Positions 18,237-28,819 of a stretch of 64,000 nt of DNA are shown piece by piece (positions within the stretch are counted from its first letter, which is position 1; the number at the start of each line of letters is the position of its first letter). A program made the translations under genes and the position numbers. The notes beneath the pieces were generated by a model. It ran no database searches and had not been told where the DNA came from. It worked only from the letters and a program-made list of their open reading frames with translations. Source of the stretch: a virus (taxonomy: Duplodnaviria > Caudoviricetes); IMG/VR virus record IMGVR_UViG_3300012007_000001, positions 32,001 to 96,000 of that record; one strand, given 5' to 3'.

Positions 18237-18539
18237 CTATTCTTCAAATTTAGGCAATGGCATCCAGTGAGTAACCATTTCGCAACCTTCAACGATGAAC
18301 TTGCGCTCTTCCTTTCCACGGTTGAAATCAAGGCCGTCAACTACCTGTACGACGCGCACAGTGTCTCGCGGCATGACCCTCGCCAGCACAATGTCATCTT
18401 CGGGCTGTTCAATGGTAGCATCAACCCATCTGTTTCTACGTTCCCACTCAGCACCAGCCAAGAAGGTCTTTTCTGCCAGCCCACATGTCGGGTGAGCATC
18501 TGCATAGGCTTTTGCAGCCTGTTCAAGTGTTTGTCTCAT
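18237..18539 (-). CDS. DUF551-like protein
   Basis: FLAGAEW...W.D...P...VTHWMPLP. Confidence 0.7.
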   Translation of the reverse strand: MRQTLEQAAKAYADAHPTCGLAEKTFLAGAEWERRNRWVDATIEQPEDDIVLARVMPRDTVRVVQVVDGLDFNRGKEERKFIVEGCEMVTHWMPLPKFEE

Positions 18540-18565
18540 TGTTGTCTATTGTTATTGTTCACTAT

Positions 18566-19153
18566 TTAATATCTTATTCGTTCAAGCCCCGTTTTCCACA
18601 CTTTCTTGACATAGAAAGCCCATTTGCCCTTGAAACGCACCTTGACTACTTGAGTCGCAAATTCGACCAGTTCGTCTATGGTGTTCCATCGGCCTGTCAA
18701 GTCACCGACTTCTGCCCATTCAAAGTGAACATCAGCAGGGCATCGTGCATTCTTGTCTGCATCGAGGTCTGCCTGTGTCACTGGCCGCATCAGATTCAGC
18801 GTATAGAAATATTGTGAATAGGGATTGTTTCTCTCCCATTCTGATTCCGCTCTTCTGTCGTAATCATATTCCTCTTTGTTGTATGTCATTGAAACGCCCT
18901 GCACTTCCAGTTTGCCATAGTAGTGAATTGCATTTGCAGAAATGCCACTGTATGTCGTTATTTCAAGTGTTATGCGCCGCAGGGTGTTCGTTTTGCGATG
19001 CCCCCATGATGGCACAGCATGAAACTGGCCATTGTAGCCTGTCAAATCCAGCCCGCAGTCATCATTGAAGATGTCGGGGTACTCATACCGTTCAGACTGA
19101 CTTCTTTTTACTATTTCCTGTAGTTCCATATCATTCATGTCTAATTTCGCCAT
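18566..19153 (-). CDS. hypothetical protein
   Basis: 195-aa ORF in operon. Confidence 0.6.
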   Translation of the reverse strand: MAKLDMNDMELQEIVKRSQSERYEYPDIFNDDCGLDLTGYNGQFHAVPSWGHRKTNTLRRITLEITTYSGISANAIHYYGKLEVQGVSMTYNKEEYDYDRRAESEWERNNPYSQYFYTLNLMRPVTQADLDADKNARCPADVHFEWAEVGDLTGRWNTIDELVEFATQVVKVRFKGKWAFYVKKVWKTGLERIRY

Positions 19154-19388
19154 AGTTCTTTTGTCTGCTTAGTAACCAGTTCAATATGATACTTTTTGCC
19201 CTTCAAAGATGGCCGTTTCTGCTCCACATACTTCTTTACATCAGATTTTGACAAATTGAATACAGGCATATCGCCGTCATATCCTATCAGCTGATTCAAT
19301 CCGAGTGGCATTTGCATAGTACAAACATACCTGTCTTTCAGCATCACATCAAACTTGATAGCGTTATTCTTTACCATTGCATCCGATA

Positions 19389-19730
19389 TTAAAGATGAGT
19401 GTATAAACCTGTCATTTCTGTGAAAGTGGCCTGCACCATGTCGCAGTAAACGCCCTTTGTTTCAGCTACAATCTTCTCAGTCGTTTCAAAAGTCTTTCGG
19501 CTTGTAGTCTTGCGAATCAGCTGCATGATATACGAATCCATTGCAGAATCATATATCATCTTGAAGAAATTGGCAGAGGTCTTGTTTCTGCCTATATTCA
19601 TAGAAAGAATGACGTTGCCACCCTTGCAGTCATAAACGGCCATCTTAACGCCTACCATGTAGCGAAAACTGCTACCACCTAACTGCTTCATCATCTCGTC
19701 GGCTATTGCCTTAACTTGCTGCTTATCCAT
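19389..19730 (-). CDS. conserved phage protein
   Basis: IA..M.KQLGG..F..M.G...GVYCDM...F...TGLYT.L. Confidence 0.7.
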   Translation of the reverse strand: MDKQQVKAIADEMMKQLGGSSFRYMVGVKMAVYDCKGGNVILSMNIGRNKTSANFFKMIYDSAMDSYIMQLIRKTTSRKTFETTEKIVAETKGVYCDMVQATFTEMTGLYTHL

Positions 19731-19783
19731 GTTGTCTGTGCCTGTTTGTCATCAGTCGGCTCTTCTGTTCTAAATGGTTTTGT
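19731..19783 (-). ncRNA. repeated pseudoknot-like 5' leader motif, copy C
   Basis: TTTAGAA-CAG-AAGAGCCGA-CTG-ATGACAAACA-GGCA-8 nt-ATG. Confidence 0.65.
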
Positions 19784-19796
19784 TCTTAAATCTGTT

Positions 19797-19922
19797 GCAA
19801 AGATAGTGATTATTTTCAGAACTACCAAACTTTTTCGTGAGTATTTTCAACCAAAATGCTTGTTTTAAGATTATTTAATAAATTAAATTGCTTTATTTAT
19901 TTAATAATGTGTATCTTTGCAC
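19797..19922. promoter_or_regulatory. divergent promoter pair with TGA-N6-TCA operators
   Basis: leftward TTTGGTAG...TATCTTTGCA; rightward TATCTTTGCA near 19913-19922. Confidence 0.65.
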
Positions 19923-19948
19923 TTGAATTACAAAACGGAAATAGAATT

Positions 19949-20254
19949 ATGCTACGACTGAAAGAAATTTTGAAGGAGAAAGGTATCACTGGAGTACAAC
20001 TTGCTGCACTTATCAAGAATGAAAAAGGCGAGCCAGTAACACCGCAGTACATCAATGGAATCGTCAGTGAACGTGGCAGCGTATCACTTGACAAACTCAA
20101 GGAGATTGCAGATGCCCTCGGCGTGACGATGGCCGAATTGTTTGATGACTACAGAGAGCGCGATGCAAGCGTCGTATTCTGTCCTAACTGCAATGAACGC
20201 TTGCGCCTTGTCAAAGACAATGACGCTTCCATCAAGGCAGTATCAGAGAAATAG
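19949..20254 (+). CDS. XRE-family HTH regulator with C-terminal Zn ribbon
   Basis: LRLKEILKEKGIT..QLA...SLDKLKEIADALGV..ELF; CPNC. Confidence 0.9.
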   Translation: MLRLKEILKEKGITGVQLAALIKNEKGEPVTPQYINGIVSERGSVSLDKLKEIADALGVTMAELFDDYRERDASVVFCPNCNERLRLVKDNDASIKAVSEK

Positions 20255-20277
20255 GGAGTACTACTTCCGCACACTCC

Positions 20278-20901
20278 CTATTTTACCCTTTGGCCTAATG
20301 CTATCTTGAACACATCCTTATCAGGAGCACCCCATTCGGGATTACCCCTACCAGCAGATATATTGAACACTTCAAACAGCATCCTGCGTGACCAGTCATC
20401 ACGTTTCGGATAGCCAAGCGAGAACTCGACATGCGTATATGGTATCATAAAGGCCATAGGCGCAAATTCCATTCCACGGGGGATATACATGTAATCAACC
20501 AGCCTCTTATTCCAAAAAGCGTTGATTTCCCTGTATTCCTCCAGCTTGATTCCTGCCTCAATCATCCTGTACCATTCGGATTTCAATGACAGATGCAGGA
20601 TGCGCTCATCTTTCAGGTGCTCAAAAACGCACAGAAGGCCACGGTAATAGTTGTGTATTTGTTCCGAAGCATCATCCAGCAGGATTTCTTCTATTGTCTT
20701 ATCCGTACAGGTAGTGTTTTCGCTACTCAGCCATTCGTGTTGCTCGATTTCATCTTCCGTTTTCCAAACAGATTCATCAAGCGGTGTCAGCAGCCAGTCA
20801 TCATGCTTTGGCAGCATTCTTGTGTTGATGCCTACATATTCCACTTGGTCAACATTATCCAGCAGCACCATGTCTCTGACCGTCTTATACTTCATTTCCA
20901 T
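20278..20901 (-). CDS. protein with C-terminal ASCH/PUA-like domain
   Basis: LHLSLKSEWYRMIEAGIKLEEYREI...GNPEWGAP. Confidence 0.75.
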   Translation of the reverse strand: MEMKYKTVRDMVLLDNVDQVEYVGINTRMLPKHDDWLLTPLDESVWKTEDEIEQHEWLSSENTTCTDKTIEEILLDDASEQIHNYYRGLLCVFEHLKDERILHLSLKSEWYRMIEAGIKLEEYREINAFWNKRLVDYMYIPRGMEFAPMAFMIPYTHVEFSLGYPKRDDWSRRMLFEVFNISAGRGNPEWGAPDKDVFKIALGQRVK

Positions 20902-21161
20902 AGACAGGCATTATAAATAAATGTTCGGGATTCAGGACAACAGGCAGCGCATAGGCATTCTGTTTCATCACCTCAATGCGCTTTTCCGCTTCCTTCGCTA
21001 CGGCTTCTTTATATAACAGTTCACCAACCCGCAAATCAGCAGACTTATAGGCAATGACCCTCTTCATACCTTCATTGTAGTCGAATCTGTCACAGCCGCG
21101 TTTCTTCGCTTTACGAATCCAGCGGACTAACTTTCCGATAGCCCGCCGTTCTTTCTTCGTT

Positions 21162-22007
21162 CTACCCTTCATGCTTCATTATTTCATGTAACAGATAATC
21201 GTCGTGCTTCCATTCGTGGATTCTCCCCATAGCGTCGATGTGCATGAGAATATAATCGCCATCATTACCACCTACAGGACACAGGATTTCGGGTACATAC
21301 CCGCTATACTTCCTGACACAATTTCCATTAACGTCTATCACATCAATGCAGCATCCGTCACAGACTTTGTAATGAATGGTCGCAACAATGCCTTTCTCCC
21401 AATTCTCAATCGTTCCACTCTTGATATTGATAATCGGTTGCCAGCGGTATTCGTCACTGACTTTCACGGCACACGGCATTTTTGGATTTATGGGGTCATC
21501 CTCTATACCGTTAAGCGTTCCATCTTCCCAATATCTTACACTTGCATCCAGCTTCAATGTTTCAAGATGGGTGTAAGTTTTCTTGCACTTCTGCTCCTTC
21601 CACCACTGATACTCCAGCATTTCAGGATTGTCATACTTGTTGCCGACAACCACAAATTCCTTGCCAAATTCACGCCACCAGTTATCAGAAGGTACGCCCC
21701 AAGGGTACAACCATTCACAATTCAAGTTCTGAATATTTGCAGTACAGAAAGCGGCACGGTCATCCTTGAACGCTACCAGCTTCGGGTATTCCAACCCTAT
21801 AGCGATAATGTCACCGTCAAAGATTCGCTTGCCGTCCTTATCCTTCAATCCGATGTACTGGCCTATGGTATCTTCGGCCACATCAGACTCCAGCCCGCTA
21901 CTTTCCTTGATGGTTACTTTCTCGCACCGTGGGCGGTTGTAGTGAATCAAGTCACCTTCTACCCACTGGCCATCATGTTCGGCCTTTGCCCTAAACAGTA
22001 TTTCCAT
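21162..22007 (-). CDS. YopX-family protein with C-terminal fused domain
   Basis: ILFRAK...WVEGDL...TIGQYIGLKDKDGKRIFDGDI...VVGNKYDNPEML. Confidence 0.85.
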   Translation of the reverse strand: MEILFRAKAEHDGQWVEGDLIHYNRPRCEKVTIKESSGLESDVAEDTIGQYIGLKDKDGKRIFDGDIIAIGLEYPKLVAFKDDRAAFCTANIQNLNCEWLYPWGVPSDNWWREFGKEFVVVGNKYDNPEMLEYQWWKEQKCKKTYTHLETLKLDASVRYWEDGTLNGIEDDPINPKMPCAVKVSDEYRWQPIINIKSGTIENWEKGIVATIHYKVCDGCCIDVIDVNGNCVRKYSGYVPEILCPVGGNDGDYILMHIDAMGRIHEWKHDDYLLHEIMKHEG

Positions 22008-22009
22008 AA

Positions 22010-22321
22010 TTACACCTTTTGTTTTGAATCATACTCTTTCATCAGCCAATCGGCTTCTTGCACGTATTTGCTTCCACATGCCATCAGAACCACATCAATA
22101 GTGTTTTCTGTCAGATGGTCAACTGCATCCATGAAACATGCAGGCTCAAGGTCTGAATGTATCAAAGCATCCTTTGCAATGATATAATTAGCTATTACCT
22201 GTTTGAGTATCTTCTTCTTTTGCTCTTCCGAGTCTTTCCTCATCCGAATCAAACCGAAAACGCCCAAAGCAATCAATGCCAATGACATCAGAATCTTAAC
22301 AACTGCTTCCATATCAATCAT
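22010..22321 (-). CDS. membrane-anchored hypothetical protein
   Basis: N-terminal hydrophobic helix. Confidence 0.55.
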   Translation of the reverse strand: MIDMEAVVKILMSLALIALGVFGLIRMRKDSEEQKKKILKQVIANYIIAKDALIHSDLEPACFMDAVDHLTENTIDVVLMACGSKYVQEADWLMKEYDSKQKV

Positions 22322-22629
22322 CTTTATTATTACTACCTGTATAATAGTTTATCGTCGGCCTTATTGCCTGTGCTATTATCACAAGGCCAAGCCAACACAA
22401 AATAGCCGTCATCGGATGTGATTCAACAGCCACAAAGAACTCGTTCATAATACCTCCTTCCCAAAAGTTAGTTTTACAGCAGTCTTTCGCATCATGTCGA
22501 AGAAAGTCTCCTTCGTGTCATCATCAAGTTCTACCGTCTCACCTTCATGTTCCTCGATGAACTTCTTCAACCTATCATTCGGTTGGATAGTCGCCTCGGC
22601 TTGCAGCCGTACTCTAAAAGTTTCTTTCA

Positions 22630-23337
22630 TTATTTTTCCTGATTATCATTTACTATTTCATAAATCGGATAAACTATGTCATTGCCCAAAATGCTTAAAT
22701 CCATGTCGCAACACGTTCCGTATCTCTTGCGTCCTGTATCATCAATCTTAGATGATTCAGCCCAAACACGGATTTTCTTGTTGCGCCCTTTTCCGACATA
22801 CTGCGCCACATATACATGACCTTTCACAGACATGCAGCCGTTGTCATACAAGGCACGAATGCGAAACTCACCATCCAGCAGCCCATTTTTGGGCGGCTGC
22901 GGTTTCTTCACTTCCAGCAGTTCGGGATTATCGTAGCGATTACCTACGACTACCAGCCTGTCACGCCATGCCGTTAGTCCGATGTACGATGAACTGCCGA
23001 CTTGTTTCCCACACATCCCACAATCATGCCAAACGACTACATAGAGAAAACCGTGCTCGCCATTGCGAACAATGTCACCCTCGTATATTGATGTTCCATT
23101 GGAGTCTTTCAGTCCTGTGTTCTGCCCGATTGTATCAGGGTCGCAGATAGCGACTTCCTCGTAGCCAAAGACAAGTGCCACGTTTTCAAGTTTATCCACT
23201 TCTTCATCAAATGTAAGGTTACGATTGGTGATGATAACAGGTGCTTTCTTGCCGTCATAAATGGCATTGTGCAAATCGCCATATTGCCAGTTGCCAGTCT
23301 TGACATCCTTGGCTCTAAATCTTACCGTTCTGTTCAT
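22630..23337 (-). CDS. YopX-family protein with C-terminal extension
   Basis: FRAK...W.YGDL...GQNTGLKDSNG..IYEGDIV...VVGNRYDNPELL. Confidence 0.85.
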   Translation of the reverse strand: MNRTVRFRAKDVKTGNWQYGDLHNAIYDGKKAPVIITNRNLTFDEEVDKLENVALVFGYEEVAICDPDTIGQNTGLKDSNGTSIYEGDIVRNGEHGFLYVVVWHDCGMCGKQVGSSSYIGLTAWRDRLVVVGNRYDNPELLEVKKPQPPKNGLLDGEFRIRALYDNGCMSVKGHVYVAQYVGKGRNKKIRVWAESSKIDDTGRKRYGTCCDMDLSILGNDIVYPIYEIVNDNQEK

Positions 23338-23341
23338 AGGA

Positions 23342-23887
23342 TTATTTTTTTCTGCCTACATACAGTGTACCTACCACATGGATTTCGGGATAGAATTTTT
23401 CTTTTTCCACTTCTATATTGATGCACGTTTTGGCAGTTTTAAGAACTGCGTCCACACACCGCCTTGTCACATCTTCAACCATTCCATCCACGGTGTCGCG
23501 AGGTGGTATCATGTATTTTGAAACGCCACGTCTTTCAGCCTCATGCTCCATCATCCGCGCACGAAACAGTTCACCTTCACCAATCACCATGTGACTTTCA
23601 ATTTTATCCATGTCATATATGGTTTGAGTGACTGGTATAGGTCGGGCAAGCCGAAGCGTTTCCAGTTCATCTCGCAATGCCCTAACATCCTTTTTCGCTT
23701 TCCGCAAGCCGATATAGTTTCTACACCTTTCATGCTTGCAGTAGTCGATAGGCTTCAACTTGTCAGCATATCGCTCCAGCTTACCTCCAAGCCACCGTTT
23801 CCAAAGTGGCTTTACATCCTGTCCGTCTGCTATACAAGCCAGTAAGTACAGGATGCCCAATGTTATATAAATAATTGCAATCGTCAT
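23342..23887 (-). CDS. membrane-anchored hypothetical protein
   Basis: N-terminal TM helix. Confidence 0.55.
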   Translation of the reverse strand: MTIAIIYITLGILYLLACIADGQDVKPLWKRWLGGKLERYADKLKPIDYCKHERCRNYIGLRKAKKDVRALRDELETLRLARPIPVTQTIYDMDKIESHMVIGEGELFRARMMEHEAERRGVSKYMIPPRDTVDGMVEDVTRRCVDAVLKTAKTCINIEVEKEKFYPEIHVVGTLYVGRKK

Positions 23888-24265
23888 AATTAACAGTTTT
23901 TACAATCAACACAAATTCTATTTCCACAACAGGGGCAGGTTATATAATACTGCCATTCATACATGTGGCTCTGCTGGCGTTCACACTCTGATTCAGTGTA
24001 CTCCAGTTCCGCGCCGCATTTATAGCATTTAGTCTGATTCACGGCCACAGGCTGCATCCTGTAATGCTTTGGCGGTTTCACTACTCTTACCATTATTTTA
24101 TTTCGTTTTTATCAACAAACATTTCACACTTATCCCAAAAGGGCGATATATGAACACAATATTCATCACCCCGACGCTTGCCCTCTTCCGTCAGCCATGC
24201 ACGATAGCATTCATCCCGACGCGGGCAGTCCATAGTGTCGCAGTGGGCGACATCAGATATATAAA

Positions 24266-24703
24266 TCATAACTCCTGCTGTTGTTGACCGAGCCACACAT
24301 CGAACTTAATCAAGGCATCTTCCATGTCGTGCTGATTGCCGACAATTCGGGTCTTAGTGAAATCAAATCCCCTGCGAAGTGCCGTCTTGATGGTGACACG
24401 CTTTCCACGTTCAATCCTGCCTGATTCGTTCATCGGCGCAAGATACCAACCTCCCCATAAATCGAGATAGTTAATGATATATGGCTTTTTCTGACCTTCT
24501 ACAGCCAAGATGTCACGGTCAAAGATGAAATAATCATCTTTGTCGTGAAATCCCGTGTACTGGTCTATAGTGCCACGTTCCACCTGTATGACATTTGTAT
24601 TGTCAACACAAATCTCCATCGGCGCACGGTGCATCAGCAAGTCACCGTACACAAACTTTCTTGAAAGAATCGCCTTGCCGCGAAAAAGAATAGTCCTATC
24701 CAT
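24266..24703 (-). CDS. YopX-family protein
   Basis: ILFRGK...VYGDL...QYTG..DKD...IFDRDIL...IVGN. Confidence 0.8.
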   Translation of the reverse strand: MDRTILFRGKAILSRKFVYGDLLMHRAPMEICVDNTNVIQVERGTIDQYTGFHDKDDYFIFDRDILAVEGQKKPYIINYLDLWGGWYLAPMNESGRIERGKRVTIKTALRRGFDFTKTRIVGNQHDMEDALIKFDVWLGQQQQEL

Positions 24704-26476
24704 ATTACTTTTTGTTTATGATGAATCTTTGCCATGCACCGATATTCTCCATCAGCATACTGCCACCAACAATATTGAAGGTGTAGTAAGTTGTTCCGTT
24801 TTGACCGTTATAGGAGAAATTATACCTGCCATTTTCGGATGTCGTAACCACACATCTGCACAGATACGCACGATTCGATGTAGAAATGACGATATAAAGC
24901 TGGCCATTCTTCGGCAGTTCGCTTTCCATCAGGTCATCATCAAACATGATAAACCCGTTCTTATACTGAAACGTCATGCCAGCACGAAAGGCATCTGCAA
25001 CAACGGCGGCAAACTCTTTCTCTTGGTTAAAGTCGTTTTCCGCTTTCTTGCAGACTGCATCCAGTTCATTCACATATTTTTCTGTATATCCCATATTATT
25101 TGCCTTTTTTCTTGCATTTGATAATCAGATTGCCAGTCTCTTCATCATTGCAGGTCTGCAAGTTGTTCTCGCAGTTCCGACAGAAGTAACCGCCCATCAG
25201 AGGCTTGTCACCTTCAACATTCAGCACAGGGCATTCAACCCTTGCATTCGGTTTGATGACATACTGCTCATATTTTGGCTGTTCCACAGACTTTGTGCCG
25301 ACAGGTACGATTTCGCACTCCGTCGGCTCTTTGTCTATCCACTGCACATTGGGATGCTGGCTGTTATCCAACATTACCAACTGGCAGTTGTGCTTTGTTT
25401 TCCAGCTTCCGTTATGCTTGAACGGCTTCTCGTCAGTCACCAACAGAATCAGGTCATTGTTTTGTTCGCGTACTAAATACATATCCTTATTTCATTGTTC
25501 CAATAAATTTCAGATAAACAATATGTTTGCCGTCACAGACATCATGGCTGATGCAGTTGAAGCAATACACCTTTTCGTATTTCTCGCCCAAAGGCACTTG
25601 ACAGTCACAGTTTGGCTCCCTATTCGTTCCAAGCGTACCATCCTGTATGCCACTTATAACCTGCGCTTGCAGCGATTCAAATATTTGGTCGTGACGATAT
25701 GCGCCACACCGCTTTGCATGTGAGCGTTTGTGCAGGTCGATGACAAATTCATCTAACTCCTTGAAGTTGGCTATCCGCAAATCTAATTCCATCCTTCTGC
25801 TATTTCAATTCGTACTTTTCTTGAATATCTTCAGGAGTACAATCGTATTTGTTCCCTTTTTGTTCCTTTTCGGCCTTTGCTGGCTTATCCAGCGTCACGG
25901 CCACCCTTGCAAATTGTCTGTTCATGTTTCTTTTCAGTTCTTTCCATTTCTTGCAACTCTTGAAAGAATTAGCAAGAATTATCACATCACTTTATTATTC
26001 GACCTTACACCCACAGGCTATCATCCGCTGGTGCTCTGCCTTTACCTCCTTGATGAATGCGTCTAATAGCGTCTTGTTGTTTTTTACCGTATAAAAGGTG
26101 TAAATATTGAGATTGACAACAGCGAAATCCATTTTTCCATCGTCCTGCTCCACTTTCTTTGTCTGCGAGATAAAACAGGCGTTGACGGCAATGCAGCCAT
26201 CATCCTGATACTTGCGCAACCTGACTTCCAAATTCACTGTTTCCGCATACTTTTCCTGAATCGACTGCAATTTGCGGAGAAACTGCATCATCTTAGGTTT
26301 CTGTGCCATAATCCATATCTGTTTTGAATATCCGATTTACTAAATTCCGAACCTTGATACCCTTGAGTCGGGTTATCTTGCGGCTACGGTGGCCGCGCTT
26401 CTTTGCTGCACCCTTCACCTCGTCGAAATCCCACGAATGGCGAATCTGCATGATTTTTCTGCCTGTTATCTTCATA

Positions 26477-26749
26477 TTATTTGAATTGTTCTGTACCACA
26501 CACCAAGACATCACCGACAATCGCATTGGCCTTCCGTGCCATGAATGCAATCAATGAAGCCTGCTTGTTATATGGCAACTTTCTAATCAATCCCTCTTCG
26601 TTGACAATCATAATTTGGGTACTGCTTAGATGAATCACCTCGACATAGCCTCCGACGATTTTCTGTGCCTCTTCAAGGCTGAAATCCGTACCGTTCTTTG
26701 GCGTTATACCATAATACTCGCCGTTTGCATGTATTACTGTTGCTGTCAT
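26477..26749 (-). CDS. DUF3846-like protein
   Basis: PKNGTDFSLEE.Q.IVGGYVE...VNEEG...LPYN..AS...IVGDVL. Confidence 0.75.
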   Translation of the reverse strand: MTATVIHANGEYYGITPKNGTDFSLEEAQKIVGGYVEVIHLSSTQIMIVNEEGLIRKLPYNKQASLIAFMARKANAIVGDVLVCGTEQFK

Positions 26750-26761
26750 AATTCTAAAAGG

Positions 26762-27031
26762 TTAAAAATCACATTCAAATGAATATTGCTTTTTCAGTGT
26801 TTCCAGTGCCTTTTCAGTAACAAGATAGATGCCGTTATTCATTGGCTTTACCGAGCGATTTTGTTTCAGTTCTATAGGTCGCTTTATCCTGTTGCACCGT
26901 ATCTCATACCGTTCACCATAGACGGCTGTTATCAGAAAGTCAGCCTGTCTCTTGCGTTCATCTAAGGCAGTGGGCTTATATTCACCCTTCTTGATGAAAT
27001 TGGTATCTACAAAATAACCTCTTGCTGTCAT
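26762..27031 (-). CDS. hypothetical protein
   Basis: follows leader copy D. Confidence 0.6.
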   Translation of the reverse strand: MTARGYFVDTNFIKKGEYKPTALDERKRQADFLITAVYGERYEIRCNRIKRPIELKQNRSVKPMNNGIYLVTEKALETLKKQYSFECDF

Positions 27032-27078
27032 AATCGAAATGCCTGTTTACTGTCGGCTCGTCAGTTCTAAATGGTTGT
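27032..27078 (-). ncRNA. repeated pseudoknot-like 5' leader motif, copy D
   Basis: TTTAGA-ACTG-ACGAGCCGA-CAGT-AAACA-GGCA-8 nt-ATG. Confidence 0.65.
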
Positions 27079-27121
27079 GATAAGGCCGCATGGCTAATAC
27101 AGCGGCCTTGTATGCTGTTTA

Positions 27122-27334
27122 TTATAATTCTTCGGGCTTGTGCATCCTGTCGTACTCCTCATCCCAAATGGCATCCAGTTCATCCTCTTCTGCATAGACA
27201 TCGGTATTGTCGTACTTCAAAATCAGTCGCTTTGCGAAATTGATATGGGTCTTTGCCATTGCGCTGTCTGCGTTCATTATTGTCTGAGCGTCTGAAAGGT
27301 GGCTCATGATGGCGATTTGAATGTTGACTTGCAT
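27122..27334 (-). CDS. small acidic hypothetical protein
   Basis: start reassigned to MQVNIQ after leader copy E. Confidence 0.6.
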   Translation of the reverse strand: MQVNIQIAIMSHLSDAQTIMNADSAMAKTHINFAKRLILKYDNTDVYAEEDELDAIWDEEYDRMHKPEEL

Positions 27335-27390
27335 AATCTTCTGTGCCTGTTTGTCATCAGTCGGCTCTTCTGTTCTAAATGTTGTTGTTT
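27335..27390 (-). ncRNA. repeated pseudoknot-like 5' leader motif, copy E
   Basis: core identical to copy C; GGCA-9 nt-ATG. Confidence 0.65.
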
Positions 27391-27553
27391 CTTTTTGTTG
27401 GTACAAAGGTAAGCAATTAAATTGAAACTACCAAATTTTTCAGCAGAAAAATAAAGTTATTTGCTTTATTTAACAGTTAAAACGGCAAAAACAAAAGAAA
27501 AGGGGTGCAATATCGCTTTTGCATCCCTATAATATATATGTATGGCAGAATTA

Positions 27554-28015
27554 TCAAATATCGCTGAAATCCAGTGTGCAGTCAAGAGCCTGCGCAACAC
27601 TGAGGAGAAAATCGCAGTCAGACTTGTATTTACCGCGTTCCGCGCCGCATATTGCTGACCGCTTCGCGCCTATCATGTCTGCAAGCTGCTGTTCTGTAAG
27701 ATGACGCTGCTTTCGTTTGTTGGCTATCTTTCGGCCAAGACGGATGCGCTTAATCATCCTGTCTTTCAAAAGCAAATCCTCATCACCCTTTCGGGCTTCT
27801 GCCACAAAAGCAATCTCTGCCAGCACAGAACCATCACCATCATAGACGCGATACGCTGGAACCTTCACCGTGTTGAAGAAACTGACCTTCGGCGGCTGTG
27901 GGAAATCCTTACAATTATCGGCATAGAACGGCTCTATCTGACCGTTACCCTCGGAGGCAAGCATCTGTGCAAGTCTGCGGGCATCATCTTCGTAATATTC
28001 TGAATATCTTTCCAT
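27554..28015 (-). CDS. protein with C-terminal XRE HTH
   Basis: RKQRHLTEQQLADMIG..RSAI...ERG...L.VAQAL. Confidence 0.8.
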   Translation of the reverse strand: MERYSEYYEDDARRLAQMLASEGNGQIEPFYADNCKDFPQPPKVSFFNTVKVPAYRVYDGDGSVLAEIAFVAEARKGDEDLLLKDRMIKRIRLGRKIANKRKQRHLTEQQLADMIGAKRSAICGAERGKYKSDCDFLLSVAQALDCTLDFSDI

Positions 28016-28099
28016 GTGCGGTTAAATTTTTAGTGCAAAGATAAAGTTATTTGCTTACATTCCCAAATTTATATGCTGTTTTTTATATCAAAATAACAT

Positions 28100-28537
28100 T
28101 TACGGCTTTATCAGTCCTGCATCTTCCAGTCTTTTGGAAATCTTATTATAGACAGCATCGACATCCGCATGAAATTCTGAATAGATATAATAATACATCT
28201 TCACGTTTTTGCAATTATGTGATATAAGCGTTTTCTTGCATCCTGTGACTTTGGCAATTTTGTCACGAATGCCACCTCTCTTCATCTTCCGACCACAAAA
28301 TGTTTCGGGAGAATACAGATACAGGATGATGAAAATGAACTTAGACCGCTGAATCGTGTTATTCAGTTCCTTGATATTCGGATGCAATTCACGCATCGCA
28401 GATAAGAACATGTCGTAGATGTTGCCTATCAGCGAAACGTCTGTCAGAATAGGGCATAGCAGTTTTCGCTCTTCTTCAAGTATTTGCTGCTTCCTTTTCT
28501 GTAAAGATTCCATTTGGATAATAATATTTTTCAGCAT
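28100..28537 (-). CDS. conserved Bacteroidota phage protein, putative DNA-binding
   Basis: RSKFIFIILYLYSP...G.RDKIA...ISHN. Confidence 0.65.
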   Translation of the reverse strand: MLKNIIIQMESLQKRKQQILEEERKLLCPILTDVSLIGNIYDMFLSAMRELHPNIKELNNTIQRSKFIFIILYLYSPETFCGRKMKRGGIRDKIAKVTGCKKTLISHNCKNVKMYYYIYSEFHADVDAVYNKISKRLEDAGLIKP

Positions 28538-28819
28538 AAATTTGGATATTTGCGTTAAAACCAGTACCTTTGCAGCGTCGAGTAATTCGGGGTGTGGAAT
28601 GTGCGAGCATCTGCCCCCTTTTTTATTCTTCGCTGCTTTCGTTCTTTAATTCTTCACAGTCACCTTCCCGATAGGTAAAGCAAACCTGTATGTCATTACT
28701 CTTGCATTCTTCCCTGTACTGGCGGAGCAACTCAGAACGTGTTAGTTCCAAGTTGTCCGTCAGAATATCAGTGTGGCGCACCTTTCGCAGTGTGCCGTTT
28801 TCTGTCACCCGTATTCTCG

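Noticed and set aside
27335-27406. N-terminal extension of ORF 27122-27406
   Set aside because: It is a translation of the promoter and repeated leader motif; the real start is more likely ATG 27334.
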